DNA of 64,000 nucleotides from an uncultured Arcobacter sp. (lineage in GTDB: Bacteria; Campylobacterota; Campylobacteria; Campylobacterales; Arcobacteraceae): assembly GCA_965140705.1 (NCBI GenBank), contig OZ223300.1, positions 544,001 to 608,000 of the forward strand, read 5' to 3'. The position numbers and the translations under genes are program-made. This document shows positions 23,821 through 32,981 of the stretch, in pieces (position 1 is the first letter of the stretch; every line of letters starts with the position of its first letter). The notes under the pieces are model-generated. The model was given only the letters and a program-made list of their open reading frames with translations, did not search any database and was not told the DNA's origin.

Positions 23821-24225
23821 ATGGATTTTAGTAGTTCAACAATTGATACACACGTTTTTTTTGTATACCTTTTTATATCGGTCATGATAATTAATTTTTA
23901 TAGTGTGTATAATATAAATAATTTTATAAAATTAGCAAAAAGACTTAAATTTTTTACCCCTTTATATCATACTTTAAATGCGATTATTATCTATACAGGG
24001 ACAATTGTTGCTTTTTATCAAAAGACCTTTAGTTTTACTATTTTTATTATGATAGCAGCAGCAATTGCTGTAATGGTATTAGAGATAAAAAGATTTAAAA
24101 AGATGAGAGTTATAAAAAGTGATGATACCCAACTGCAAGAGGAGTTTTTTAGATTTTCTAGAAAGATTTATCTTATTGAAATTATTATAATTGTTTTCAC
24201 ATATATTATAAGTAAGATTTTTTAG
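23821..24225 (+). CDS. Hypothetical 4-TM membrane protein (start moved to ATG 23821)
   Basis: Four hydrophobic segments; stop overlaps rsmE start; TATAAT about 30 nt upstream. Confidence 0.7.
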   Translation: MDFSSSTIDTHVFFVYLFISVMIINFYSVYNINNFIKLAKRLKFFTPLYHTLNAIIIYTGTIVAFYQKTFSFTIFIMIAAAIAVMVLEIKRFKKMRVIKSDDTQLQEEFFRFSRKIYLIEIIIIVFTYIISKIF

Positions 24226-24893
24226 TGCAGTTTGTTTATTCATCTGAGGCATCACTTGAAACAATCAAAGTTGAAGGTGATATATATAAATATCTTTTTA
24301 AAGCAAGAAGAGAGAAAATTGGTTCAACTGTTTTTTTTAGAAATTTAAGTGATAATTTTATTTATTCCTATGAGATATTTGACATAAATAAAAAAGATGC
24401 AAGTTTAAGACTTATAAAAAAAGAAGAAAAGATAATAGAAGTAGATAAAAAACTTCATATTATTTGGGCTATTGTTGATCCAAAAACAATTGAAAAACAA
24501 CTTCCTTATCTAAATGAAATAGGGGTTGATAAAATCACTTTTTTTTATGCAGATTATTCACAAAAGAATTTTAAACTAAATGTAGAAAAGTTTGAAAAAA
24601 TATTAATAAACTCCTCACAACAGTGTGGAAGAAGTTCAATTATTAAGTTAGAAATTTTAAATTCTTTAGATGAGGTTTTAGCCTCTTATAAAGATAGTTT
24701 TGTATTTAATTTTTCTAATAATAGTGTAGATGATAACAAAGATATAAAAAGTATAATTATAGGTTGTGAAGGTGGTTTCTCCCCTAAAGAGTTAGAAAAA
24801 TTTACAGAAGAAAAAACTGTTGGAATTAACTCTAATTTGATTTTAAGAAGTGAAACAGCAGTTACAATTATTGCAGCAAAATTGATAATTTAA
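24225..24893 (+). CDS. rsmE: 16S rRNA m3U1498 methyltransferase
   Basis: SSQQCGR, IGCEGGFS, ILRSETA. Confidence 0.94.
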   Translation: MQFVYSSEASLETIKVEGDIYKYLFKARREKIGSTVFFRNLSDNFIYSYEIFDINKKDASLRLIKKEEKIIEVDKKLHIIWAIVDPKTIEKQLPYLNEIGVDKITFFYADYSQKNFKLNVEKFEKILINSSQQCGRSSIIKLEILNSLDEVLASYKDSFVFNFSNNSVDDNKDIKSIIIGCEGGFSPKELEKFTEEKTVGINSNLILRSETAVTIIAAKLII

Positions 24894-24895
24894 AA

Positions 24896-24927
24896 CTAAC
24901 ACTTAATTAACAGTGCTAATTTATAAT
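24896..24927 (+). promoter_or_regulatory. Promoter with tandem YTAACA direct repeats and TATAAT
   Basis: CTAACA 24896-24901, TTAACA 24907-24912, 9-nt spacer, TATAAT 24922-24927; same layout as 28331-28300 on the minus strand. Confidence 0.6.
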
Positions 24928-24932
24928 TACAA

Positions 24933-25020
24933 TGTTTAAACAAAAAGAATAAGATAAACTCCTACTAACTTTTATCTATTCACAGAAAGCTAAAGCCACT
25001 AAACACCAACTGGCTTTAGT
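24933..25020 (+). ncRNA. Candidate small RNA with anti-SD loop; 3' part antisense to the response regulator 3' end
   Basis: Stem GAAU-AGAUAAA/UUUAUCU-AUUC presenting loop CUCCUACUAACU; second stem CUAAAGCCA/UGGCUUUAG; no substantial plus-strand ORF follows the promoter. Confidence 0.4.
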
Positions 25021-25670
25021 CTATATCCTCTATTTTTTTGTGATTCAATAATATCACCACCTAATATTTTTCTTAAATGCCAAATATGATATCGAATGAC
25101 ATCAGCTTTTGAGTTACTATTAGTGGGATAAACATTTTTTTCTAGAATCTCTTTACTTACAAACTCTCCTCTTTTTTTAATCAAGTAGTTTAGTACTAAT
25201 AAAGCTTGTGTTTCTATTTCTAGGGCTTTATTATTATAAAAAATCTCTTTTGAAAAAATATTGTATGAAATCTTGTCATTAATAGTTATGCATTCGTAAT
25301 ATGTTCGGTATGCTCTTTTGATTAGGGATTGAATTCTTAGAATTAGTTCTTTATTATTGCCTGTTTTATTTAAAAATCCATCGCAACCACTTTTAAATGA
25401 TCTAATGGTACTATTTGGGATAGAGGTTAAAACTAACCGTATAGTTTCATCTTGATATTCTGTTAATATCTTCATTATCTCATAACCATTAATTTGAGGT
25501 ACGTTTATATCAAGTATGTATAAGTCGTATATATTGTCATATATTTTATTTAAAAATTCTTCTCCATTGGAACAAGTGTCCACAAAAAAGTTTTCTTCTT
25601 CAAGTAGGTCTTTTATAGTTTCTTGAAAGAGTCTATCATCTTCTAAAAATAGTATTTGAGTACCAATCAT
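24999..25670 (-). CDS. OmpR/PhoB-family response regulator (orphan, no adjacent kinase)
   Basis: LEDD, LDINVP phospho-acceptor, winged-helix C-terminus (HIWHLRKIL, NRGYRL). Confidence 0.9.
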   Translation of the reverse strand: MIGTQILFLEDDRLFQETIKDLLEEENFFVDTCSNGEEFLNKIYDNIYDLYILDINVPQINGYEIMKILTEYQDETIRLVLTSIPNSTIRSFKSGCDGFLNKTGNNKELILRIQSLIKRAYRTYYECITINDKISYNIFSKEIFYNNKALEIETQALLVLNYLIKKRGEFVSKEILEKNVYPTNSNSKADVIRYHIWHLRKILGGDIIESQKNRGYRLKPVGV

Positions 25671-25686
25671 ATTTTACTCCAATTGT

Positions 25687-25722
25687 AAAAAGTCAAAGAG
25701 TAATAAACTCTTTGACTTTTTT
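25687..25722 (-). terminator. Strong intrinsic terminator after the cytochrome bd-like pair
   Basis: AAAAAGTCAAAGAGT-aataa-ACTCTTTGACTTTTT. Confidence 0.8.
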
Positions 25723-25732
25723 AAATAAATAT

Positions 25733-26926
25733 TTAGAGTATATTCATAAAGAGTATTGTCATACCCCAACCAAAATAAATAACCATCCATAAAACCATTA
25801 TAGATAAGGTATAATTACCTAATTTTGTAACAGCTTTATCTTTTGTACCATCAAAAACACCTTGGTTTTTCCCAACTTTCCAAGCTAATGTTAGAAGGTA
25901 AGCAACTCCTACTCCTCCTAAAACTAAGAAAGTAAGTAAGAACATTACAATAGTAGGAATTTCTAAATTAACTGGATATTCATAAATACTATACCCCAGT
26001 TTTGCCATAATGTCAAATCTTATAAGTTCTCTCATAGAAGAGATTAATAAAGCAACAACAACTAATACTATAGTTGTAATATAGCTATTACTGTTTTTCA
26101 AAATCATAAATAATAAAATGACAACACCTATAACAATAGCGATTGATAATGGATGTAATAAATATCCAACTTGCAACATCCATGCTACAAAGGCAACTGC
26201 ACTTATAATTAAACCTACTACTCCAATTTTTGTTCCAAGTTTTGCACAATAATCTACAAATGTCTCACTAAAATCTTCCCTTGTACTTAAAAATCTACTA
26301 TAGTTTTGTAAGAATAATCCAACAACTGGAATTGATAAACTTAACATAAAAATCAATCTTACAGTATCTACATTAAATGTCCATCCACTATTGTCAACTA
26401 TTCCATTTGGTGCATACATATTCATCCAATCATTTGGCATAAGAGAAGTTACTGCAAAATTGTGCATTAAAGTCCCTGCAAATATTAAAACTAAAAATGA
26501 AATGATACCTAATAATTTACCTCCACCTTGATTTTTCTTATTTGCAAAATAATACCAATAATAAAGAATATAACCAAGAACTAATGTATATATAAATATA
26601 AATACCCACATTCCAGATAATGTATTTGTTACATACCAATTTGGGTCATAAATAACTTGTGTAAATAATAAAGGTGCAACCCCTAAAACTATAAGTATAG
26701 AAATACTTATTTTCCCTGTTTGGATTAAATGGGGTGTTAATATCTTCCAATTTTCATCACTTTTTTGTTTAAAAGTACCATATAATGAAAGTCCCATCGA
26801 ACCTAATGCAAGAAAAACAAAGGCTGCATGTAATGCCCATGTTAAAACATACAGCACTTGGAATACTACCGGATAAAAAGGTACTCCTGCTGGATCTCTT
26901 AGAGCTAATAATATTGATGCGTCCAT
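25733..26926 (-). CDS. Polytopic membrane protein, divergent CydA-like second subunit
   Basis: About 9-10 TM helices; His in first helix (ALHAAFV), LGVAPLLF, MRELIR; 8 nt after the CydA-c gene with AGGAGG RBS. Confidence 0.6.
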   Translation of the reverse strand: MDASILLALRDPAGVPFYPVVFQVLYVLTWALHAAFVFLALGSMGLSLYGTFKQKSDENWKILTPHLIQTGKISISILIVLGVAPLLFTQVIYDPNWYVTNTLSGMWVFIFIYTLVLGYILYYWYYFANKKNQGGGKLLGIISFLVLIFAGTLMHNFAVTSLMPNDWMNMYAPNGIVDNSGWTFNVDTVRLIFMLSLSIPVVGLFLQNYSRFLSTREDFSETFVDYCAKLGTKIGVVGLIISAVAFVAWMLQVGYLLHPLSIAIVIGVVILLFMILKNSNSYITTIVLVVVALLISSMRELIRFDIMAKLGYSIYEYPVNLEIPTIVMFLLTFLVLGGVGVAYLLTLAWKVGKNQGVFDGTKDKAVTKLGNYTLSIMVLWMVIYFGWGMTILFMNIL

Positions 26927-26934
26927 AATTCCTC

Positions 26935-28272
26935 CTAATATTTCATTGATGCAAGATATTCTGCAATTGCATCAGTTTCATTTTCTGGTAATTTCAATGT
27001 TGGCATGTAAGGCATACCACCTGCACCTATTGCATATAATATAGACTTGATAGCTTCTTTATCCATACCTGTTAATCTATCTTTTAAAGGTCTATATTTA
27101 CCAGTTTTTTCTAAAGAATGACAATTTGAACATGCCATTCTTGTTAAAAGTTTTCCAGCTTCATGTTTATTTTCTTCTGTAATTACTTTTAAATTCTTTG
27201 GAACAAATGGATTAACTTGTAAAAGTCCTTTTTCGGCTATTATTGGAAGTTCGCTTTTTATTCCTTTCCCTGGTACATCACGGCTAATTATTTGATTTGA
27301 ATAAATATATTGACCTGCAACATAAGGTTTTCTCATAGATTCTCTTAGTTTCTCACCTGGCCATATTCCTGCAATTAATATTACAAAAACCATAACTCCT
27401 GCTAATGGTGTACTTATAAATTGTGGTTTTACAATTGCAACTAAAAAATAAATAGAAAAAACAATTGTAAGAATAATTCTACTTTGGATAACATCTCCCT
27501 TAGTTATATTAAATACAGCATGTGCATTGTCAGGTAGAGTTCCCATATACCACATAAAGAAGAATAGAACTAAAAATCCTCCAAGCATACTTATGTAACC
27601 CATTTTTTTAGTTAATTCACGTGAAAGTTCTAGATTATCTTTTTTCATTGCACTTGAAATAATAAGTCCAATTACACCTGATAACATAATCATAAAACCA
27701 ATTCGTAAAAACATATGAGGGAAGGTATTTGTACCAAAAAATGCATCACTTGCACTTCCTGTTGTATAGTATTCTTGAGTACCTGGCCACATCATAAAAC
27801 TAATAATTCCAATAATCAATGCTAAAGTACCAACTGAAGCCATTGCAAATGAAAATGTAAGTTTTAAATGGGTTTTCTTATCAATTTTATCTATAAAGTA
27901 AACAAGAACAAAGACTCCTATTACTTCAAAAACAAAAAATACCCACTCCGTCGCCCAAACCCAAACAAAGTTATGTATTAAAGCACTGATACCTCTTGGA
28001 CTTGCAGCGGTTGCTGTGTACCAAATACCTGGACCTGTTATTGAACCGATTACATATGAAAAAATCAACAAAAACATTCCATATTTTTTCATATAGGGAT
28101 ATAAATCAGATCGATTTTCTTTATACGCTTTATATGACAAAAATGCGAATAGCATTGCTGCACCAACAGAAGTATGTGATGCTAAGATGTGTATAGTTCC
28201 TGTCATACCCATCATCCAAGCACTTCCGTATTCTGGAAAATAAAACAACGGAAATTGTCCTATAATATCCAT
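26935..28272 (-). CDS. Cytochrome bd subunit I (CydA)-like protein fused to C-terminal cytochrome c
   Basis: HILASH, EWVFFVFE, FPHMFLR, EKLRESMRKPY parallel CydA heme/proton-path motifs; CSNCH plus distal Met (PYMP). Confidence 0.75.
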   Translation of the reverse strand: MDIIGQFPLFYFPEYGSAWMMGMTGTIHILASHTSVGAAMLFAFLSYKAYKENRSDLYPYMKKYGMFLLIFSYVIGSITGPGIWYTATAASPRGISALIHNFVWVWATEWVFFVFEVIGVFVLVYFIDKIDKKTHLKLTFSFAMASVGTLALIIGIISFMMWPGTQEYYTTGSASDAFFGTNTFPHMFLRIGFMIMLSGVIGLIISSAMKKDNLELSRELTKKMGYISMLGGFLVLFFFMWYMGTLPDNAHAVFNITKGDVIQSRIILTIVFSIYFLVAIVKPQFISTPLAGVMVFVILIAGIWPGEKLRESMRKPYVAGQYIYSNQIISRDVPGKGIKSELPIIAEKGLLQVNPFVPKNLKVITEENKHEAGKLLTRMACSNCHSLEKTGKYRPLKDRLTGMDKEAIKSILYAIGAGGMPYMPTLKLPENETDAIAEYLASMKY

Positions 28273-28299
28273 GTAGCCTCCTTAATTTAATTAGAGGTT

Positions 28300-28331
28300 A
28301 GTTTACTCTTGAGATGTTAATTTAATGTTAG
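28300..28331 (-). promoter_or_regulatory. Promoter of the cytochrome bd-like operon with tandem YTAACA repeats
   Basis: Minus strand CTAACA (28331-28326), TTAACA (28320-28315), 9 nt, TAAACT (28305-28300). Confidence 0.6.
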
Positions 28332-28376
28332 TTTTTATTAAAGTAGTAATTTTTAATATTAAGTAATTTTTTATAT

Positions 28377-28410
28377 AAAAAAAGGGAACTAATAAAATTA
28401 GTCCCCTTTT
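28377..28410 (-). terminator. Terminator of petABC
   Basis: AAAAGGG-A-ACTAAT-aaa-ATTAGT-C-CCCTTTT; U-tract on the minus strand. Confidence 0.7.
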
Positions 28411-28433
28411 GAAGTTAAATAAAAAGATGATGC

Positions 28434-29462
28434 TTAGTGCATATCTCTCCATTGTTTAGCTTTCCATAACCAAGCGAAAATAGCAAAGATAACTAAATAA
28501 ATTAAGAATTTAGGTCCTAACTCTTCTCTTTGTGCTTTTTTAGAATCACCAACTTTTTCTAAATAACCAATAACTTGTTTTTCAGATGCTTGCGTTAAAC
28601 CAACTCTTGGCATAGCAGTACCTTCTAAATGTTTTTGAGGATCATTTACAAATTCATGGATATATTTAGCTCCTCTTGATTTAATGTATTGAGATAAATC
28701 AGGTGGTATTTTACCCATGTATGTTTTGATATTTGCATCAGGAGTGAATGCTTGCATAGTTCCCTTTTGCATATCTCCATATTTAATAGAGTGACATCTT
28801 TGACAAGCATTATGAAATACTTCTTTATCTGTCATAGTTTTAGGTGCAATTGATTCTAAGTATGCAACTATATCAGCTAGTTCTTGTGGTTGCATCCAAT
28901 CAAAACCTGGCATTGGATGAGCTCTTCCATCAACAAATTTATGAGTAACTTTAGAAGCTCTTGCCGGATTCATAATAAATCCAACTAGATAATCTTTAGT
29001 ATATAATTTTCCAGCAGTACCTAAATCAGGTGGAACTACACCATAAGCTGCAGCTGCACTTGCATCATCCATAACTTTTGGAAAACCTTTTGATTCAATA
29101 GAGTGACACGCAGTACAGTTACTAGTAACTAATACTTCACCATTTGCAACATTACCTTTATCCGCAATTGCTGCTTTTGCACTTGCCCAAAATGCATTTG
29201 TATCTTTTTCAAATTTTTCAGCATTTGATAAATCTGTTTTTGCTGATTTAATTGTTTTTTCTTTACCTGTTTTTTCTGCTTTTTCTAATGCCACTTTTGC
29301 TTTTTCAACATTTTCAGCATTAGTCACTTTATCAGCTTGAGGAAAGTCATAATTTGGTGCATCAACATGTGGGTGCATTTCAGAGTGAGCATAAGGTTCA
29401 ACTCCCCAGTATGTTATAAGTGTTAAAACTACAACAACTGCTAATATTTTTAATTCTCTCAT
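28434..29462 (-). CDS. petC: Diheme cytochrome c1 of the bc complex
   Basis: CTACH and CQRCH heme motifs, PPDL, AMPRVG, C-terminal TM anchor. Confidence 0.93.
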   Translation of the reverse strand: MRELKILAVVVVLTLITYWGVEPYAHSEMHPHVDAPNYDFPQADKVTNAENVEKAKVALEKAEKTGKEKTIKSAKTDLSNAEKFEKDTNAFWASAKAAIADKGNVANGEVLVTSNCTACHSIESKGFPKVMDDASAAAAYGVVPPDLGTAGKLYTKDYLVGFIMNPARASKVTHKFVDGRAHPMPGFDWMQPQELADIVAYLESIAPKTMTDKEVFHNACQRCHSIKYGDMQKGTMQAFTPDANIKTYMGKIPPDLSQYIKSRGAKYIHEFVNDPQKHLEGTAMPRVGLTQASEKQVIGYLEKVGDSKKAQREELGPKFLIYLVIFAIFAWLWKAKQWRDMH

Positions 29463-30709
29463 ACGTCACCCCTTTTCTTAGCATCTGATTTCGAAATAAT
29501 TGGTAATACTAAGAATATTATAATAAATGAAAATGCTGCTGTAAATCCAATATACGCATTTGTACCTGTTGGAGGTAATTTACCAAAAACAGTTAATACA
29601 ATTAAATCTATCATTAAAATCCAGAACCAAATAAAGAATTTAGGTCTTTTATGTGCTGGTAAGATTTTTGGATCTCTATCTAAGAATGGTAATAAGAAGA
29701 ATATAGCATTTGCAAATGCAAATGCCATTAATCCAATATCAAATGCTTTTAAAGGACCAACATCAAAGAAGAAACCTCTTAATACTTCATATGACCATAA
29801 GAAATACCACTCAGGATAAATGTGAGTTGGAGTAACCATATTATCTGCAGGATCAAAGTTAACTGGATCCATTGCAAAGTCATAATGGAAGAATACTAAG
29901 TAAAAGTAGAATAATAAGAAAATTCCCATAACTGCTAAATCTTTAGAGATAAATACAGGCCAGAAAGGAATAACTTTTGATTCTTTTTTGTTTCCAGAAA
30001 GATATTTTTCAGCTTCAGCATCAAAATCTAATTCTTCTGAATCTTGATTATTAACATGAGGAACTCTTAAAGAATAGAAGTGTAATGCAATTATTCCCAT
30101 TATAACAACAGGTAATAAGAATACATGTAACATAAAGAATCTAGTTAATGTAGCATCAGCAACATTAAAGTCACCTCTAATCCATACAACTAAATCAGGA
30201 CCAATAAATGGAATACCACCAAATAGGTTTGTAATAACCATTGCAGCCCAATAAGACATTTGTCCCCAAGGTAACATATATCCAGAAAATCCAGCGGCAC
30301 TGAATGTTACAAATAATAACATACCAGAAATCCAAATCATTTCTCTTCCTTGTTTATAAGAACCATAATAGATTCCAGTAAACATGTGAATATAAATAAT
30401 TAAGAATACAACTGATGCAGCAACTGCATGCATATGTCTAAATAGCCAACCAAATTTAACTTCTTGCATAATTGTATAATTTACAGAGTCAAAAGCTAAA
30501 TGAATATCTGGTTTGTAATACATCATCAAGAAAATTCCTGAAATAATTAAAATACCGAATGTTGTAGCTAAAAGAACACCCATCGCCCATAGAAAGTTTA
30601 TATCTTTTGGAATCCAATATTCAGTCATCATAACTTTATTGAATGCTGTAAGATTTAATCTTTGATCTAACCACTCACCAACTGAGTTTGCTTTTTCAAA
30701 TTTTGCCAT
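29459..30709 (-). CDS. petB: Cytochrome b of the bc complex
   Basis: RHMHA, GYMLPWGQMSYW, PEWY. Confidence 0.98.
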   Translation of the reverse strand: MAKFEKANSVGEWLDQRLNLTAFNKVMMTEYWIPKDINFLWAMGVLLATTFGILIISGIFLMMYYKPDIHLAFDSVNYTIMQEVKFGWLFRHMHAVAASVVFLIIYIHMFTGIYYGSYKQGREMIWISGMLLFVTFSAAGFSGYMLPWGQMSYWAAMVITNLFGGIPFIGPDLVVWIRGDFNVADATLTRFFMLHVFLLPVVIMGIIALHFYSLRVPHVNNQDSEELDFDAEAEKYLSGNKKESKVIPFWPVFISKDLAVMGIFLLFYFYLVFFHYDFAMDPVNFDPADNMVTPTHIYPEWYFLWSYEVLRGFFFDVGPLKAFDIGLMAFAFANAIFFLLPFLDRDPKILPAHKRPKFFIWFWILMIDLIVLTVFGKLPPTGTNAYIGFTAAFSFIIIFLVLPIISKSDAKKRGDV

Positions 30710-30721
30710 TTTAGCTCCTTC

Positions 30722-31228
30722 CTACGCTTCTGTTGCTACAAAAGCAGCAATTTTTTTGTATTCAGGACTAGATTCACCTAAAACAACTTTAGTACCTTCT
30801 AATTTAAATGGAGGAACATCAAGTGGTCTTGGTGGTGGTCCAAATGTATTTTTGGCACTGGCATTGTACTCTCCACCGTGACATGCACATTTCCATACAT
30901 CTTTTTTCCATGCAGGGATACATCCTAAATGCGTACATAATCCAATAGCAATGATAAATCTATCACCTCCTACTATTAAATCTCTTTTTGAATGATCCAT
31001 ATCTGCTGTTTTTTTAAGAACAAATACTGGTTTACCTCTCCATACGAAAGTTTCTGGTTCACCTGCTTTTATAGTAGATAAATCTACAGTTGTAAATCCA
31101 CCAGCTAAAACACTAGGAAGTGGATCCCATGCTTGTTTCATCCCAACAAGCGAAGCAGCACCACCTACTGCAGCAACTGCAGCAAATGAATAACCAATAA
31201 AATCTCGTCTATTAGTTTCGTTAGACAT
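30722..31228 (-). CDS. petA: Rieske iron-sulfur subunit
   Basis: Tat signal RRDF; CTHLGC and CACHG. Confidence 0.97.
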   Translation of the reverse strand: MSNETNRRDFIGYSFAAVAAVGGAASLVGMKQAWDPLPSVLAGGFTTVDLSTIKAGEPETFVWRGKPVFVLKKTADMDHSKRDLIVGGDRFIIAIGLCTHLGCIPAWKKDVWKCACHGGEYNASAKNTFGPPPRPLDVPPFKLEGTKVVLGESSPEYKKIAAFVATEA

Positions 31229-31260
31229 AATTTGGTTTCCTTTTAAAATAAAATCTTCCC

Positions 31261-31302
31261 ATTATATTTAAACATGTCTTAATTTTTTATGACTAAAATC
31301 AA
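31261..31302 (-). promoter_or_regulatory. petABC promoter with candidate Crp/Fnr-type box
   Basis: TATAAT at 31266-31261; TTGAT-TTTA-GTCAT at 31302-31289. Confidence 0.45.
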
Positions 31303-31362
31303 AACTAAGGTATAAAATAGCAAATTGTCTCGTATTTACACAAAAAATGAGGTATATTGAGC

Positions 31363-31388
31363 TTCTAAGGTTGAAAATAACCTTAGAA
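31363..31388 (-). terminator. Hairpin after thrC
   Basis: TTCTAAGGTT-gaaaat-AACCTTAGAA. Confidence 0.5.
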
Positions 31389-31406
31389 TTATAAGTTTAA
31401 GTTATA

Positions 31407-32885
31407 TTATTTAGTAATAAAATCGATTATTTTAGATTCTATTTCTTCTTTTTCTACTACTTCATCATGTAGGATTTTAGAGTTAAATAGTTCTGAAATT
31501 GAATCAGGAATTTTCACATTACAATTTGTAGAGATATTCTCTAAAGCAGTTTTATCATCATATTTTTCATCGTTTTGAGAAATGGCATTTAGAACTGTTG
31601 GTGAAAATTTTGTCCATTCAGCAGTTGAATACATAACTGTTTTTAACTCTTTTTCTTTTAATGTTTCATATGCTTTTAAACAAGTTGCAGTATGGGGGTC
31701 CATAATATAATCTTTATCGATATATTGTTTTATAATTTTTAATCCATATGCATCATCTGAGTTTACAGCAGAAAAATATTTTTGAAGCTCTTTAGTCTCT
31801 TCTTGTGTCATTTCAAAAAATAAATTTTCATTTAATGATTCCATTAATTCTTTTGTTCTTTTCGTTCCATAAAGACTATAAATAACTCTTTCTATATTTG
31901 AAGATTTAAGTATATCCATTGCAGGGGATTTTGTAAGTTGTAACTCTTTCCCCCTAATATCATAAATACCTGTATTAATCCATTGAGTTAAGATATTATT
32001 TTTATTTGAGGCAACTAAAAGTTTTTCGATTGGAACACCCATATTAAGTGCATAAAATCCACCTAAAACATTTCCGAAATTTCCACTTGGAACTACTAGG
32101 TAAATTTTTTCTCCAAATGTAATTTCATTTTGTTTTAATAATTGAATATATGACCAAAAGTGATAAATGATTTGAAATATGATTCTTCCAAAATTTACTG
32201 AATTTGCAGCACTTAATTTTATTCCATCTTTTTCCAATTCATCTTTAAATGTATTTGAGGCAAGAAGTCTTTTTAATGCTGTTTGTGCATCATCAAAATT
32301 TCCTTTTATCCCTATTACTTTTAAGTTTGCTCCATCTTCTGTAACCATTTGAAGTCTTTGTACATCACTAGTACCTCCACTTGGATATAGACAAGCTACT
32401 TGAATATTATCTTTATTTTTAAAAGTATTTAATGCAGCTGGTCCTGTATCCCCAGAAGTTGCGGCTAGAATCAGATATTTTTCATCTTTCTTTTTTGCAA
32501 TTGAACTTAATATTGAACCAAAAGGTTGTAGTGCCATATCTTTAAAAGCTCTTGTTGGTCCATGATATTGCTCATGTACAAACAAATCATCTTCTATTTT
32601 AACTACTGGACAAGGATTTGAAGCATCATCAAATTTATCATATAAATCTAAAGCCTTTTTTATTTCACTTTCATCTATATCAATATCAAAAGCTTTAAGT
32701 ATGTCATATGCTAGTTCTTTATAGCTTGAGTTAATATGATTTTGTAAAAAGTTATCTTCAAGTTTTGGTAAACTTTTGGGTACATAAAGTCCTCCAAAAG
32801 AAGCACTGGGGCTTAAAATTGCTTCGCTAAAACTTACTTCTTTAGCTTTAACTCCATCATTTCCTCTAGTTTCTATAAAATTCAT
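31407..32885 (-). CDS. thrC: Threonine synthase
   Basis: HGPTRAFKD PLP site, ATSGDTG, PSGNFG, DPHTA. Confidence 0.96.
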   Translation of the reverse strand: MNFIETRGNDGVKAKEVSFSEAILSPSASFGGLYVPKSLPKLEDNFLQNHINSSYKELAYDILKAFDIDIDESEIKKALDLYDKFDDASNPCPVVKIEDDLFVHEQYHGPTRAFKDMALQPFGSILSSIAKKKDEKYLILAATSGDTGPAALNTFKNKDNIQVACLYPSGGTSDVQRLQMVTEDGANLKVIGIKGNFDDAQTALKRLLASNTFKDELEKDGIKLSAANSVNFGRIIFQIIYHFWSYIQLLKQNEITFGEKIYLVVPSGNFGNVLGGFYALNMGVPIEKLLVASNKNNILTQWINTGIYDIRGKELQLTKSPAMDILKSSNIERVIYSLYGTKRTKELMESLNENLFFEMTQEETKELQKYFSAVNSDDAYGLKIIKQYIDKDYIMDPHTATCLKAYETLKEKELKTVMYSTAEWTKFSPTVLNAISQNDEKYDDKTALENISTNCNVKIPDSISELFNSKILHDEVVEKEEIESKIIDFITK

Positions 32886-32981
32886 TTTTATTCCTTAAAA
32901 TAGTCCCTAATTTTGGGACAATAATTTTTTAGCTTCATGCTCGAAGCAAATTTTAAAAGAGTAAATAACTACTCTTTGTCT

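Noticed and set aside
28434..29462. Two heme motifs in cytochrome c1
   Set aside because: Diheme PetC is the known Campylobacterota form.
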